A stretch of DNA of 59,947 bases, filler included, from Basidioascus undulatus (taxonomy: Eukaryota), in assembly GCA_000826855.1 (NCBI GenBank). It is 6 parts of 6 records of this genome, joined end to end, with 100 filler letters (N's around TTAATTAATTAA, not from the genome) between each part and the next. Parts side by side here need not be neighbours in the genome. Positions count along the whole stretch, not along the records: positions 26,361 to 53,381 come from JTLS01000173.1; positions 53,482 to 59,947 come from JTLS01001730.1; 4 more parts are not named here. One strand, written 5' to 3'. This document shows positions 44,474-56,179 of this stretch, one piece after another. Under the pieces are notes generated by a model. It had not been told where the DNA came from, ran no database searches, and saw nothing but the letters and a program-made list of their open reading frames with translations. The position numbers and the translations under genes are program-made. The number at the start of each line of letters is the position of its first letter. Position 1 is the stretch's first letter.

Positions 44474-46340
44474 TTATGTGCGCGCTACGTTGAGTCGACG
44501 GGTCATGAAATCGACGTAGTGCTCTGTTTAAAAATACAAACCAAGTGAGAAAGCGCACAAAATACAGAGAGGGAGTGCAGAGAAGGGATGGCACTCGACG
44601 TACCGACGTGCTCCTCCAGCGCTGCCCACGCCGCTGCGAGCGCCGCAGTAACCGCCTCCGCGTTTTTCTGGATCTCCCGGATCTATTCATAACAAATAGT
44701 GTCACTTCAGCTCCCTATCTCCCCTCAGACCTCCCCTTCCCCCAGGCATACCTGCGCGTCCAGCCTGGCATTCCGGTCCTTCTTCTCCTCCATCTCCCGA
44801 TTCCGCACATGGCGCTCGGCTGAGATGACCTCGTGCTCGGCCTTGAGCTCCTTCATCTGCGAGACGATCGCGGCGCGCTTTTCCTCTGCTTGGCGCGTCG
44901 TCCGCTCCAGCCGCTCGGCTGCGTGCTCGAGCTGCTTGGTCAGTTGCTGGCACACGCAGAGAAGTCAGCACGACGAAAGCGTAAGGGAGACGGGAAGTAC
45001 GGCAGGAGGGGACGCAACGGCACGTCGGACGTCGAGGTTCGACTTGTCCTTCGTCGAGTACTCGACCGAGTCCTTCAGCTGGGCGACCTTCTCGGCGGAC
45101 TCGCGGACCTTGCCCTGTTCCACATCGATCTCGTCGAGCAGCGCCGTGCAGACAAGGATGTCCTGTATCCAGCCCCATCCTCCATTCAATTTCCGTATTG
45201 TCCTCATTCGTCATCCTTGACTGAAAACGCACCTGCTTGAACGTGTCCATCATCGCAACCCGTGCCTGCAGATCGCGCGTCCGCCGTTCGCACTGCGCCT
45301 CCGTGCCTTTCTCTGTGCTCAGCTCGTCACTCATCGCCGAGATGGCGCGCTTCTGCCGCTCGGGCGACTGCACGAGGCGCGAGCGGGCGGAGTCGCCCCT
45401 TTGTTGCGCGCTCTGTAGGAAGGACTGGGTGTGGGTCTGCGATGAAGCATGCGTGTAAGATCGATGGTCAGTCTAGCTTGAACGACAGCGGGGAAAGGAA
45501 AGAAGCCTAGGACGGAAAGAAGGGAGGACGGGGACGGACGATTCGCTCGTTCAGCTCGGCCTTGCGCTTGCGCAGCACGTTGAGGTCTGTCGCCAGTGCG
45601 GTATGGTACTTCTTGAGTTGGGACAGTTCGACGAGGAGCGCGTCGCTTGCAGTCTTGGTCTTCCGAACTTCCGGCTCGTCTTTCGCCCGCTGCTTCCTAC
45701 CACACCAGAGCACCAAAACCGACCCACAACGCATCAGCCCACCTCCCCAACGGACGGGGAACAGATCCACTGACACAATCGCCTTCTTTTCGTCCCTCAT
45801 CTTCCTGATCTCCATGTCGAGCTTGTCCCGCTTCTCGCGAATCGCCTCGCTCTCGCACGTCACCTTGTCGATTTTGGCCTGCGCTTCGCGCTTGAACTTC
45901 GCGAAGTTGACGAGCGCCGAGAGGATGTGGTGCGTGCGGGTGGGGTCGGGGCGACTGAGGTCCTGCAGGGAGTAGGAGTCGAAGTGGGCGATTTTGCAGA
46001 GGTTCGAGATGTGCCAGCTGAAGATCATGATCGAGACCGCGTCGGAGTAGAGCTCCTTCGTGGGGAAGATGACGAGGATTAGGGCCCCGGGCGCATGCGG
46101 GAGGGACTAGGGGCCACACACGGGGTGTTCCCGCCGACTGAGCAAGGTCTGCTTGGGTCCCTCGACCATCTCAGGCCTGAGGCCCAAGAAGAAGTCTAAA
46201 AGAGTGGCGTAGATCTTGCCGACCGAGACGGGTGTCGGCTTGATGATGTGGTCCGCCGTGATACGGTCGTCGAGCTCGCGAAGGAAGGCCACAATGTGGG
46301 CCAGGTCGAAGATGGGAAGCTCGTACTTGGCATGGGCCAT
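44474..46340 (-). CDS. NUF2: Kinetochore protein Nuf2 (Ndc80 complex)
   Basis: N-terminal CH domain (PIFDLAHIVAFL, IIKPTP, SYSLQDLSRPDPTRTHHILSALVNFAKF), IVQSPERQKRAISAM and a long coiled coil. Confidence 0.9.
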
Positions 46341-47924
46341 ATTGGGGAAAGGAGTACGGCTAGAAGGTGAAATGAGACTGGAAAGTAGATTCTGTGGTGG
46401 TGGATGCGGGCTGTGAGAGACCAAGAAGCGGGGCAAACGGAGATTGGGCGACTAGGAAGAGGGCCTGAGAAACCAAGCCCGTGCCCCCAGTTGGCGGAAG
46501 AAAATTGCCATGAGGCAGCACGAGGCGGGGGCTACGGAGGCGGAAGGGGCAGCCGCATGCACACGCTGTTTCCGGTCCAGCTTTGCCATGCACTCCGTTG
46601 TGTCCTGCACTGCAAATAATACGCCGGCCATTGTCCCTAGACAAGTCGGACTAAATCACACTTTAATGCCTTGTATTTCTGGGTTTCTCGGTCTGTAAAG
46701 CGATGTGGGGTGCTCATTGCAAAGAAAGGTGCACATCTGCGTTTCTCCGTTGCTCTGGTCTGTCCTGTTCTGCTTCTGAATAACCAGGAATGAAAGTATC
46801 TATAGGGGAAGAAACAGGGCAATTAACTGCTGGAGAGTAGCAGAGGACGGCCTCCAGTCTGAACTTGCAGCACACTGCGAACCGTTGCAGCCCTTTTCTT
46901 GGCCTCATTGAGGCGGATAGCCGGAACAGGCGGGTTGTAAAAAGTTGAAAATTCCAGATACGCGTAAATATTTTTTTCCCCTTCTGTTTCTTGCGGATAA
47001 GGGGCCGAAGGAGTGCGTACCGCGAGGCAACAGGGATGGTCGAGGAATGGGGCGTTCCACGCTGTTCTCCGCAGAGCTTCAGGGATGTATGCCAACATGC
47101 TGTCCGGTGGAGACTTTTATTGCATAATTTCTACTGAATGCAGTATTAGATCAAAATATCGGCGAATCAGCCGTTCGAAATCTGCGGACGTGCCATCTTG
47201 CATGCGCGTAAGGGCGCAGCGAGGGCTTTAAAGGGGTCTCAAGGAGGTGGGTTGGCTTCAGGAGGAGCAGATCATAATCAGGTCCCGTAAAGGGCAGAGT
47301 CAAGACAGGTAAACTAACTTTCAAACCATGTTCCATCCCTGGACGTTCCCTCCCCGACACTGTGCTGGAAGCTCTCGCGACGGGCTGTATGAGGATCTGC
47401 GCACCCATGCCATAGTGTTGAAGGGTCCTGGAGACCCTTATAATTTATACCAGAACCTGTACAGAGGCGTGCGCCTACGGTACCGTGGAAGACGCCCAAC
47501 CATCACATCAATTCGAGTCTACGCAGCGTCCAGTCGGGCAGGAAACCCCCATCTTATCCTTACCATGTAAATATTTGAAGGGTCCCTACAGTTGCACTTT
47601 GCAGAAGTTCTGCAAGTCTGCGTACTCATGAAGAGATGATGGTGTGCCTGCGAGCGAGACCAGTTCATGCAAGTTAGTTATGTCGACCGCTTGTGCAACA
47701 GCCGGTTACAGCCCACGCTCTCACGAAATGCACTACAGCCCCATGCCAAAATGCTTGAGGATAACGAGGATTGTGAAGAGGGGAGTTACTTCGAGTCGAA
47801 TGAATGATCATGGTGCAGATGTTTACGCAATGTGCCCCAGCTGAGACGAGAACGGCTTTTCAAAGAGAAAAAAAAGGGGGGGGGGGATCAGATCGAAGCG
47901 GTAACCCTTGATTTGGACGGAAAG

Positions 47925-48980
47925 TCAACATACACGGCCTTGGGTAAGCACAGCCTCGAAGTCGGGCATCATGGCCGCGAGGGTAGTCAGCGCCTCGCCG
48001 TGCTGAGCAGCGTCGTACGAGGACGCGAGAGACGCGAGCTCGCGTCTGAGGGCGTAGAGGAGATCCAGCGTCTTGGACTCGTGCGAGTTGGCAATAATTG
48101 CGCAGATGAGGATGGGCAGCTGGTTGACGACGATGCCGCCGTACGCGCCGAGGTTGTACCAGAACGGGGTGAAGAACTGGATGCGCTTGGCCGTGTGCGA
48201 GGCCATCGACACGGAGAACGTCGCGCGGCCGGTGTGGAGCGAGTCCCAGCCCATGAGCCCTGATCAACAACTCGAAGAATGTAAGTTCGTGCTCTCCGGC
48301 GCTGCGCAGGACACAGACCCTTACAGACGAAAAAGTAGAGCGGAAACCAGATGAGGTCGCGCCACAGCATGACGCGATGGCCTCCCTTGCCGTCCCGGAG
48401 AGTGCCGATAAGAGTCTGAAGGTAGACGATCATGACTGAGGAAGGGAAACGGAGATTCAGAGCACTCTTATACGTAAGTGTTTATACCTTATAGAGAAAC
48501 TTACGGATGCCGTACTTCGGATCATGTTCTGGTGCATCAGCGGAAGGAAGGGACCATCGCTGCAAGCATCCTTCTAACGCTTACCAACAAGCTCTGCATG
48601 GGCCATAATAGAGCAGAGAACGGGACAACGTAGCCTTGCTTGACATTGAAAAGGCGAAAGCGACCTTGCTTGATTTTGTAGAGAAGGGCGAAAGCTGCGC
48701 CAGGTGCGAGGGAAATGAGCGGACTCGGATTCGCAGCTGCGGAACGAGCTGTGAGCTCGAACCCACCAGCAAGAGTAGCACTCAAAGCGGTGAGTGCGGT
48801 GAACGCTTGTAGTTGAGCAAAGAAAGATGGCCCGAAATGGTCGTGCGGTGGAGCGATGGGTGTGAAGGAGAGACTGATGAGTTCCGAGGCCCGTGTGAAA
48901 GGATTTGTGTCGCTGGGAAGGCTGCTTATTTCAACCTGAATAGCCGCAAGACGAGTGGCAACTACACTGCCTGCCGGCAT
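47925..48980 (-). CDS. Hypothetical multi-pass membrane protein (3' end uncertain)
   Basis: Several exons with hydrophobic segments: FFAQLQAFTALTALSATLA, YVVPFSALLWPMQSLL, LWRDLIWFPLYF, WYNLGAYGGIVVNQLPILICAII. Confidence 0.5.
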
Positions 48981-49741
48981 GGCAAAAAACTGCCGTCGAG
49001 GAGGGAGAGGATACGGGAAGGACGGAGGAGATGCAAGAGGGAGGAATTTAGCTGGCTGGTCTTGGATCGTCTGCGATTGCACCCTTAGCCTGAACGCGGA
49101 GGAGCGCACTTTTGGCTCTGTCCGTCACTAGACGATGGGCCTTGATGCTCCGCAATGACCGACAACCGGGAAGTGCCTGAAAACATCAATGATCAGCCAG
49201 CCGGCCAGGTGAGTAAGACAACGGAGGACAGTCAAGATTAAGCGAGCAAGGGTTTCGCCCCTTTGGTCATTTCTCCGTGCATGGCTACCCCGCGCCACCC
49301 CCTGTGCCGTCGGTCCGCCACCATAATCACTGACCGGGGTCAAACGAGGGTTTGACCCCTTCCTGTGCCGCATTCAGCGCTCCTTCACATGTCAGGCGAG
49401 TACCTAAGCTGCGCAACGGAAGCCATCGCAAAAGCTGCAGCAAAAAGACGCCCTGATTCCCTTTCTTTTGGTTCGGCCTGAATCCGCGCTTCGCACCCGC
49501 AGGTGGAAGGGAAACACTGTGCTGTGCTTTTTATTGCGCAACGTTAGTTGCCGGCTGCGCCGGCGCCTGTTTACATCGGCCCGTTCAGCAACCCTAAGTC
49601 CGTAAGGCGAGGGCAGCAGTGGAACCAATCAATTCGCGAGGACCAAATTCTGAGAGCAAGGAAGAGAAAGGGAGAAGGAGAAGATAGCCAGGTACAGTAC
49701 CGCATCGTACGAGAACGTCATGTCCATGAGGGTGGGCTCTC

Positions 49742-50110
49742 ATGTACACTGCGCGCAAGCTAACTAACCTTCAACCCAGCACTCCATCATCGCACCTGAA
49801 TGGAGAAAGGAGGCCGTCAACACATTTCTTGGCCAAAGCATCACTTCCGTCCCTCCGCACCTTGCAGTTGGACATTCCCTCTCTAGGTCCTCCCGCCGCG
49901 CTTGCCGCATTTCTCGCCACACGCGGCCGGGCCTGGACCTCCATCAGTCTGATGCGCCGGCAGGCGGTACCTGTTCACCGGCTTTTGGACGCGATGGAGA
50001 ACCTTCTCGAGCTCATTCTTGTCCCAGAATTGGATGAAATACCGCCTGACCTGGCCGCGTCGATCAGATAGCCGCTCAGGTCTCTTCGCATCTGCTCTCC
50101 TACATGCAGC
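49742..50110 (+). pseudogene. LRR/F-box-like fragment
   Basis: LPSLRTLQLDI...LLDAMENLLELIL repeats. Early stop and no clear model. Confidence 0.3.
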
Positions 50111-51489
50111 GCTCTTCCCCATTCACCCCTGCGCTCGCTACTCACCAATTGGTGCGCGAGCGCCCCGACAGCCTGAGGACAATTGAGGTTGCCTAACCAT
50201 CGCTAAACCATCAGAACATTGACTGGAGGGCCCCTTCATCCGGCCTGGAGCGTCCGTTCGAAATGATCCTGCCTCTTGTGGACAGTCGCATCTGGTCATG
50301 CTCGCTATTGTGAATTCCGATGTAGACCTTATCCGTAATTTTTTTACGCGGACATACTGGGGGAGGCAGCGCACTGCGGCGGGAGGTGCAACAGAGGTCT
50401 AGCGTCTGGGTCCATCATACACTTTTGTTGCCTCTGTCCAATCAATTTCCTCGCGCACGTCTCATATACTCGCCTGTTTCAATATCTCTGAGTCCGTCAG
50501 GGCTCCATAATGCCGTAAACCGTTCCAGCTTCATGTTCCGCGAAGGACGACCACCTTCACCGCGCGCGTGCGTCCATGCTGCTCTGCAGCGAGCACATGG
50601 AGAACGGGCCCGGGATGAGCGCCTTCCTATCTCGCTTCCTCCTTCCATAGCCATCCTTTTCGAGCTTGTATGCTGTAATTTATGCACCTCATATAAATTC
50701 CCCTGCCAGCCCGATGGGCGCTTGAGCGCGGCATTCAAGTGCAAGTTTCCCCCATTCAACACGACGGTCAGATTCATTCATCACTTCGGGCGTGAGTGGC
50801 CCTTGTACCCTTCCTCTTTTCCTACCCCTTCCCTTTGTACGTATGTCCAAGTCCGATGGAGGAGTATTGGAATGGTTAAGTGGTGGGGGAGGAGGATAGT
50901 ACCAGCTCTGGCGGTTCTCAATGGAACAGAGCGTGCGCGCGCTTGGGAAGTGTGATGGGATGAAATGGGTGGGGTAAGGCAATGGGACAGTCTGGAACTG
51001 AAGAGGTGGAAAGACATATATTTCTCATGCTGCTCAGCGACTGCCTGTGGCCTGAAAGCGAAAGCATGTCTGGCTTGGGACACCGAGCAAGCTGCGAGCA
51101 GGTGTGTAGCCGTGCACACCACATCTGATCTCCTCACAAGCGGCGCTCAAATATTTTCACCCTCCCTCAGATCAGCATTTTCAGCTCGTATAAACGCCGG
51201 ACTGCTGCGACTTCGTGCCGGCGGCGGCAAGGCTTTGGCGGTTGGCCGTATCGCTTGCACAGGGGGCTCGGTAGCCCTGCCAAACCATCCGATTTTAAGT
51301 GTAAAGAATATTAGTTTTGTCTGAAACTAGACGGTGCACATCAACGCTCATGTGCTGACATATGGAAACATCGCAACGCCTCATCGCGCATTGTGTTCCC
51401 CAAGCCCGCTCGGGTTTGCTTTGTCGCTTCGGCCGTAATTTTATCTGCATATATCGTCGTTTTAGGGGGAACGTTGATGATTTCCACTC

Positions 51490-52521
51490 AACTAGACTGG
51501 CATGATGTGAAGTCCGAGGGCGTCCAGTTCGCGTACGTTAAGGCCACGGAGGGAACTGGTGTCTTGGTCTTCGCTTGCCGTTCGCAAACTGACGAACATT
51601 GTTATAAATACAAGATTTCGTGAGGCTGCCGGGACCAACGGATTGAGGTATCTACTGACCTGTAACTTTTCCAGATATTCGATCAGGACAACAAGCAGTA
51701 CACAGGCGCCAGTACGTCAAAGCCTAAGCGGTAGGAGTACTTTGCAGCTTGTAAGGCCATGCATTCCCGAAATCATCGTAGCGAACGTCGGGATGTTCAG
51801 CGGTGCATACCACTTTGCGTGATAAATTCTCATACAATTTCATCCATCCACTTTCCAATGTACTCACGACTCCATCTTTCCGACATAGCCATCCGGGGGT
51901 GAGCTCCGGCTTTGCGCAGGCCGAATTCTTCCTGGCCCACGTTGGTACCTGGAGCGGTGAGTGAACCTCGGTTTGGCTCGGACTTAATTATATACTCATG
52001 TCTAAGCCACGTTACACCGACGGGATCACTCTCCCTGGCGCCCTGGACATCGGAACCCAACCTCGACGGCGCAGATTCGGCCACAGCCATGGTCGACTGG
52101 ATTTCGACAACGCCTACTTCTCCCAGACCGGTCGCCACCCCGTCATATTCACCACGACTGACTGGTGGACGTCCTGTACGAGCGGCAGCGAGGCGTTCGC
52201 TGTCAACAACCCGCTCTGGATCAACAATGTGAGTCTGGGTCGTTATGAACCGTTGCTCCCCCGTCAAATCACCCTGATGCCCCTTGTTGAATTGCTCGAA
52301 AGTATGCGGAATTGTTGGAACGCTTCCTTCGGGCTGGAAGGACTACACGTTGTGCGTCTCATCGATGCTCATGGATGTCGCAAAGTCGTAACGCATGATG
52401 ATCACAGCTGGCAGCACAGCGATAAGGGGGTTGTCGGGTATGGAATCTCAAGTGTAGATTTCATGTCCAGACGCTTTGTTCCGTGATCAATATGGAGGCG
52501 GACGTCTTCAACTGCGACATT
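51490..52521 (+). pseudogene. GH25 lysozyme (Chalaropsis-type N,O-diacetylmuramidase) pseudogene
   Basis: DWHDVKSEGVQFAYVKATEGT, QYTGA, GAYHFA, AQAEFFLAH, DGITLPGALDI(G), TGRHPVIFTTTDWWTSCT, NPLWI, WQHSDKG, DVFN. The catalytic DIE reads DIG (52046-52054) and there is a frameshift near 52102. Confidence 0.85.
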
Positions 52522-53381
52522 GTAAGTCTCTACCGACCGAGCATTGAATCTGCATGCGCTGACAAGCGTTTCTGTCAAGGACGCTCTGCGCGTATTTGCG
52601 AAGGGCTAGGGAGTTCAAAAATATAAAGAGCGCTACTTTCGTGGTTCATCATTTCGCTCCTGCCCGTTATAAGGCTGTGGGGCCTTGTGCGGAAGAAGGT
52701 TCGTTGGCGTAAAAGCGTGTGTTTCATCTTTGACATCCGCGCTTGATGCCTTTTTCGCGTCAAGTTGCGCGCAGCAACGATGCCAGTCGTCGGCGCAAGT
52801 AAGCGCAAGGATTGTGAAAAGACACCGAAGACTTCCCCCAGATGAGGAAGACACATGCCCGACGCCTCATGCAGACAGTCCGCCACAACGTAAACGCTGC
52901 GCAGGGCACCCTGACACCCTCTACTTAACACGTTTACTATTAACCCGCGCATTCATGAGGGTATAGCCAAAAGCCCAGTTGCAAAACGTCCATGAGCTCC
53001 AGATACAAGTCCGTGGATCAAGGTATCGCCCCTACTTCCTCTCTCATCACAGCGCGGTCGCCGCAACCACCACGCCCAGAACGACCCACACACCCATCTT
53101 CGTGCTCCCAAACATCCTGGCCTGCCCTCCCCCGTGATCAGCTCCCTCGTTTCCCACCAGAGCGAAGCATCGCGACGCACCGCCCCATTGCTTCCCCCTC
53201 CGCCCTCCTCCCCCGCGGCGCACGTCGTGTCCGCCCTGTCTAGCTCAGGCGCAGCGAGGAGGTGCGTGCGGAGGAGGTGGAGCGTCTCGGACTCGGCGCC
53301 GGCGACGGTGGTGTGCTAGTTTGAGTGGGTGCGGGGGATGAGCATGCTCTACGGGTTGAACGGAGTAAGCGTCAGCGGCCT

Positions 53382-53481
53382 NNNNNNNNNNNNNNNNNNN
53401 NNNNNNNNNNNNNNNNNNNNNNNNNTTAATTAATTAANNNNNNNNNNNNNNNNNNNNNNNNNNNNNNNNNNNNNNNNNNNN
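53382..53481. other. Artificial contig spacer
   Basis: N44-TTAATTAATTAA-N44. Confidence 0.99.
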
Positions 53482-53634
53482 GGAAAAAAAATAACCGATG
53501 AGTCTTCTGCCATGGAAAGCTACGGATATGCCTCGCTGGTTGTCCGCGGCCGTAGCGATAACATTAAAATCACTAGACCCGAAGATTTGCCGATTGCTGC
53601 TATGCTCATGCAACAACAGAATATAAGTGATTAG
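53482..53634 (+). CDS. ispD: Bacterial 2-C-methyl-D-erythritol 4-phosphate cytidylyltransferase, C-terminal fragment
   Basis: GKKITDESSAMESYGYASLVVRGRSDNIKITRPEDLPIAAMLMQQQNISD*, containing the IspD TDE.SA.E and NIKIT.PEDL motifs. AT-richer than the surrounding DNA and intronless. Confidence 0.93.
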   Translation, partial: GKKITDESSAMESYGYASLVVRGRSDNIKITRPEDLPIAAMLMQQQNISD

Positions 53635-53645
53635 GAGCAGGAAAG
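53633..53645 (+). promoter_or_regulatory. Shine-Dalgarno-like purine-rich site ahead of ispF
   Basis: AGGAGCAGGAAAG overlaps the ispD stop and lies directly upstream of ATG 53650. Confidence 0.6.
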
Positions 53646-53649
53646 ATTT

Positions 53650-53794
53650 ATGTCAATGCGAATAGGCAATGGTTACGACGTTCACGCGTTTGGTAAGGGC
53701 GATAAAATTGTTATTGGCGGTGTTGTTATTCCTCATCATCATGGTTTGATCGCCCATTCGGATGGTGATGTGCTCTTGCATGCCTTATCAGATG
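53650..53794 (+). CDS. ispF: Bacterial 2-C-methyl-D-erythritol 2,4-cyclodiphosphate synthase, N-terminal fragment
   Basis: [48 protein letters not shown], containing the RIG.G.DVH and HSDGDV..HA..D motifs. Homology stops at about 53794. Confidence 0.96.
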
Positions 53795-54383
53795 AGCGCT
53801 GGGTGCCGCGGAACTGGGCGCCCGGCTGAAGGCAGCCGCGACCGGAAGAGGGGATGCGTAGGCGGGTGATGTCGATGAGGGGGTCGGGTCGGGGGGCTAA
53901 GATGGAAGAGGAGGGAACGGAGGAAATGGAGGGTGGATCGGGTCGATGTTGTCGTGGTGGAGAGTCGGATAGTGAGAGGGCGCCTGCCGAGCCGGGGGAG
54001 GAGGTTGAGGAGTGTGGTGGGGAAGGGAGGGCGGTGTCTGGGGTATGAGGAGAAGACGCAGATGCAGATGGTCGAGGGGTCGGCCGGCCGCGCTGGTGGG
54101 TTGTGGACGAGGACGAGGCCGACTCTGGCGAGTGCGAGGAGCGAGGGGGCGACGGCAAGGGATGATCGACGGGAGCAGCAGCCGTGCGCCCGCCCTCGCC
54201 CTCGCCCTCGCGCTCCAATCCCACCAGTTCCCTTTCCTCCACATCCCTCGCCTGCGATATCTCTGTTGATTCGACGACAAGGGCAGGCATCGAGGGCGCG
54301 TCGTCAGGCTTGATCTCTGCTGGCTGCGGGCCTGGGGGCGGGAGGGGCGTGCGAGATGCCGCTACGGGCGAGGAGGACGGCAT
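53795..54383 (-). CDS. VID24: Vid24/GID4 family protein, 5' part, interrupted by bacterial DNA
   Basis: A disordered Ser/Pro N-terminus is followed by [29 protein letters not shown]. This matches the L.PG..F.G.Q.S start of the Vid24/GID4 beta-barrel. Confidence 0.75.
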
Positions 54384-56179
54384 CTCGATGGGCGCCAGGG
54401 TGGATCACAATGCGCGTAGGCGTCAGGTGAGCGCAGAGATGGTTTATTTTGAAAGCTAGTGTGTACAAGTGTGGATGTGTTAAAGCGAAGATGGGTGTTG
54501 AGAGCGACCTGCTCATTGTGATCGACCCCGCGACGGGATTGTCACGAGGAAGGCTTGCGAGCCTAGCATCGGTGCATGGAATCTGAACGACCGAAATGCA
54601 CGCCGCAATTACGTCAGTTTCCAGATTGCAACATGTTTCCCGGTCTTCCTTTTGCGACTCCTGCACTTTGGGCAGTCGAACAGTACCGATGACCAATTTT
54701 CATAGAATATCCTAACTGCAAGGATGCTGTTTCTATAAAGGTGAATGAAGGGGCATAATGTTGCTGCGTGGAGGCAGGTTCGGCTCGCCAGGTGCTGGCA
54801 GACGCCCTGTCCGCACAGTCGTCTGTCTCTGAGGCCCCCTAGGCTGTGCATTCTAACGAGGTATATCACAATAGGAAGACGCTTCGCGCGAACGTGGACC
54901 TTGGAGGTGCACGCAGAGCACCACAAACCCTTCCGAACGCTTGCTACACCAACAGTTTCAGCACTATCGCCAGGTTAGCTGCCTTCGAGAAAGGGTCTTG
55001 ATCTTTCGTATCGTTTGCTGAGTAGCATTTCACCCTTCAATAAAGCACATGGAAAGGATAAAGTGTTCCTATAACAATGACTGGCAGTCGCAAAGGAGCG
55101 ACGTACAACATTATGCCCGCGAGGCTCTCGCACAGCTGTGACAATTCCCGCTTTTGTCCTCGTTTATTTTACCAAGAGGCCCGACAACTATCTTCCTAAG
55201 TAATGGTTCCTCAACGGGTCCTGGATAGGTGTAGCCTATGAATGCCGGAACAGTCAAAGAAGCATCGCTCTGCAGGCTACCGGACCCGAGGACAGGACGG
55301 CGACACTCAACTGTTTACGGCAAGACTGCTCATGTCACCATCAAAGAGAACTACGATATAAATCCACAAGTTCAGTTGAATTCTGCCTTTACGAGCACAT
55401 GGACCTGTGGTCTTGAGCTCTCGCAGAAAGCCTCAGCGAAGACTACGGAGAAAGGTGGGTAGGCTGGAAACCCTCCATGTAGAATCGAGTTGTATCTCAC
55501 TTGAGTGGAAAACAGGGTTGGCCGTATGTGCTTTCAATGGCGGTAAGGGTGGATTCCCCTGAGCGCAAGGTTACAACGTCCAGCATTGACAGCATACTGC
55601 ACCCTCAAGCGCCATCAAGCAGCTGCTCCCAGCTACATTGTAACGATGACCACTACACAATGATTCAGGTCCAGGAACTTGTTTGAAAAGTACAGAACCT
55701 AAGAAGCTGCCCCTCTGGTTTGACACTTTCAGGCAAGCAAGCGCCTTCAAAGTGCGAAGGGGCGACGTGGCCAACGTGGTGCTCAACGAGTTTGACGGCA
55801 AAGAAGCTTTACGAAGCTGCTTTATGCCCATCTTAGGTCTCCCTTGGGGCCCTTGTTGAGGATACAGGGTGAAAAATATTGTTTCGGATGGGCAATGTTC
55901 AGCATTTTGCCAGCATTACTGAGCGAGCTGCCGAGGCTGACAGCCTGAGGACGCACATCGGGCTCGCAAACTACACGTGGTGCAGGCCGCACACGGTCGA
56001 TCGAAACAAGTTCCAGAGCAATTATGTACGATCGTGGTCCCCTCAGTCCTTCATCCAAACCGCCTCGCGAATGCCATTGACTCTTCTTCGCTTGCCTGAA
56101 TCGTGCATGGGCCGTGGCAGGCTGGGTCCGCGGAGAACCAGCGAGGGGTGGGCAAGTGTGTAGCTGCAAGAGCGGCCCA

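Noticed and set aside
48874..48905. CTGATGA...GAAA hammerhead-like core
   Set aside because: The intervening stem II does not pair, and the segment is the antisense of a coding exon.
53240..53381. Minus-strand terminal exon as the missing 3' end of Vid24
   Set aside because: None of the three frames shows Vid24 C-terminal motifs, and it lies on a different contig.
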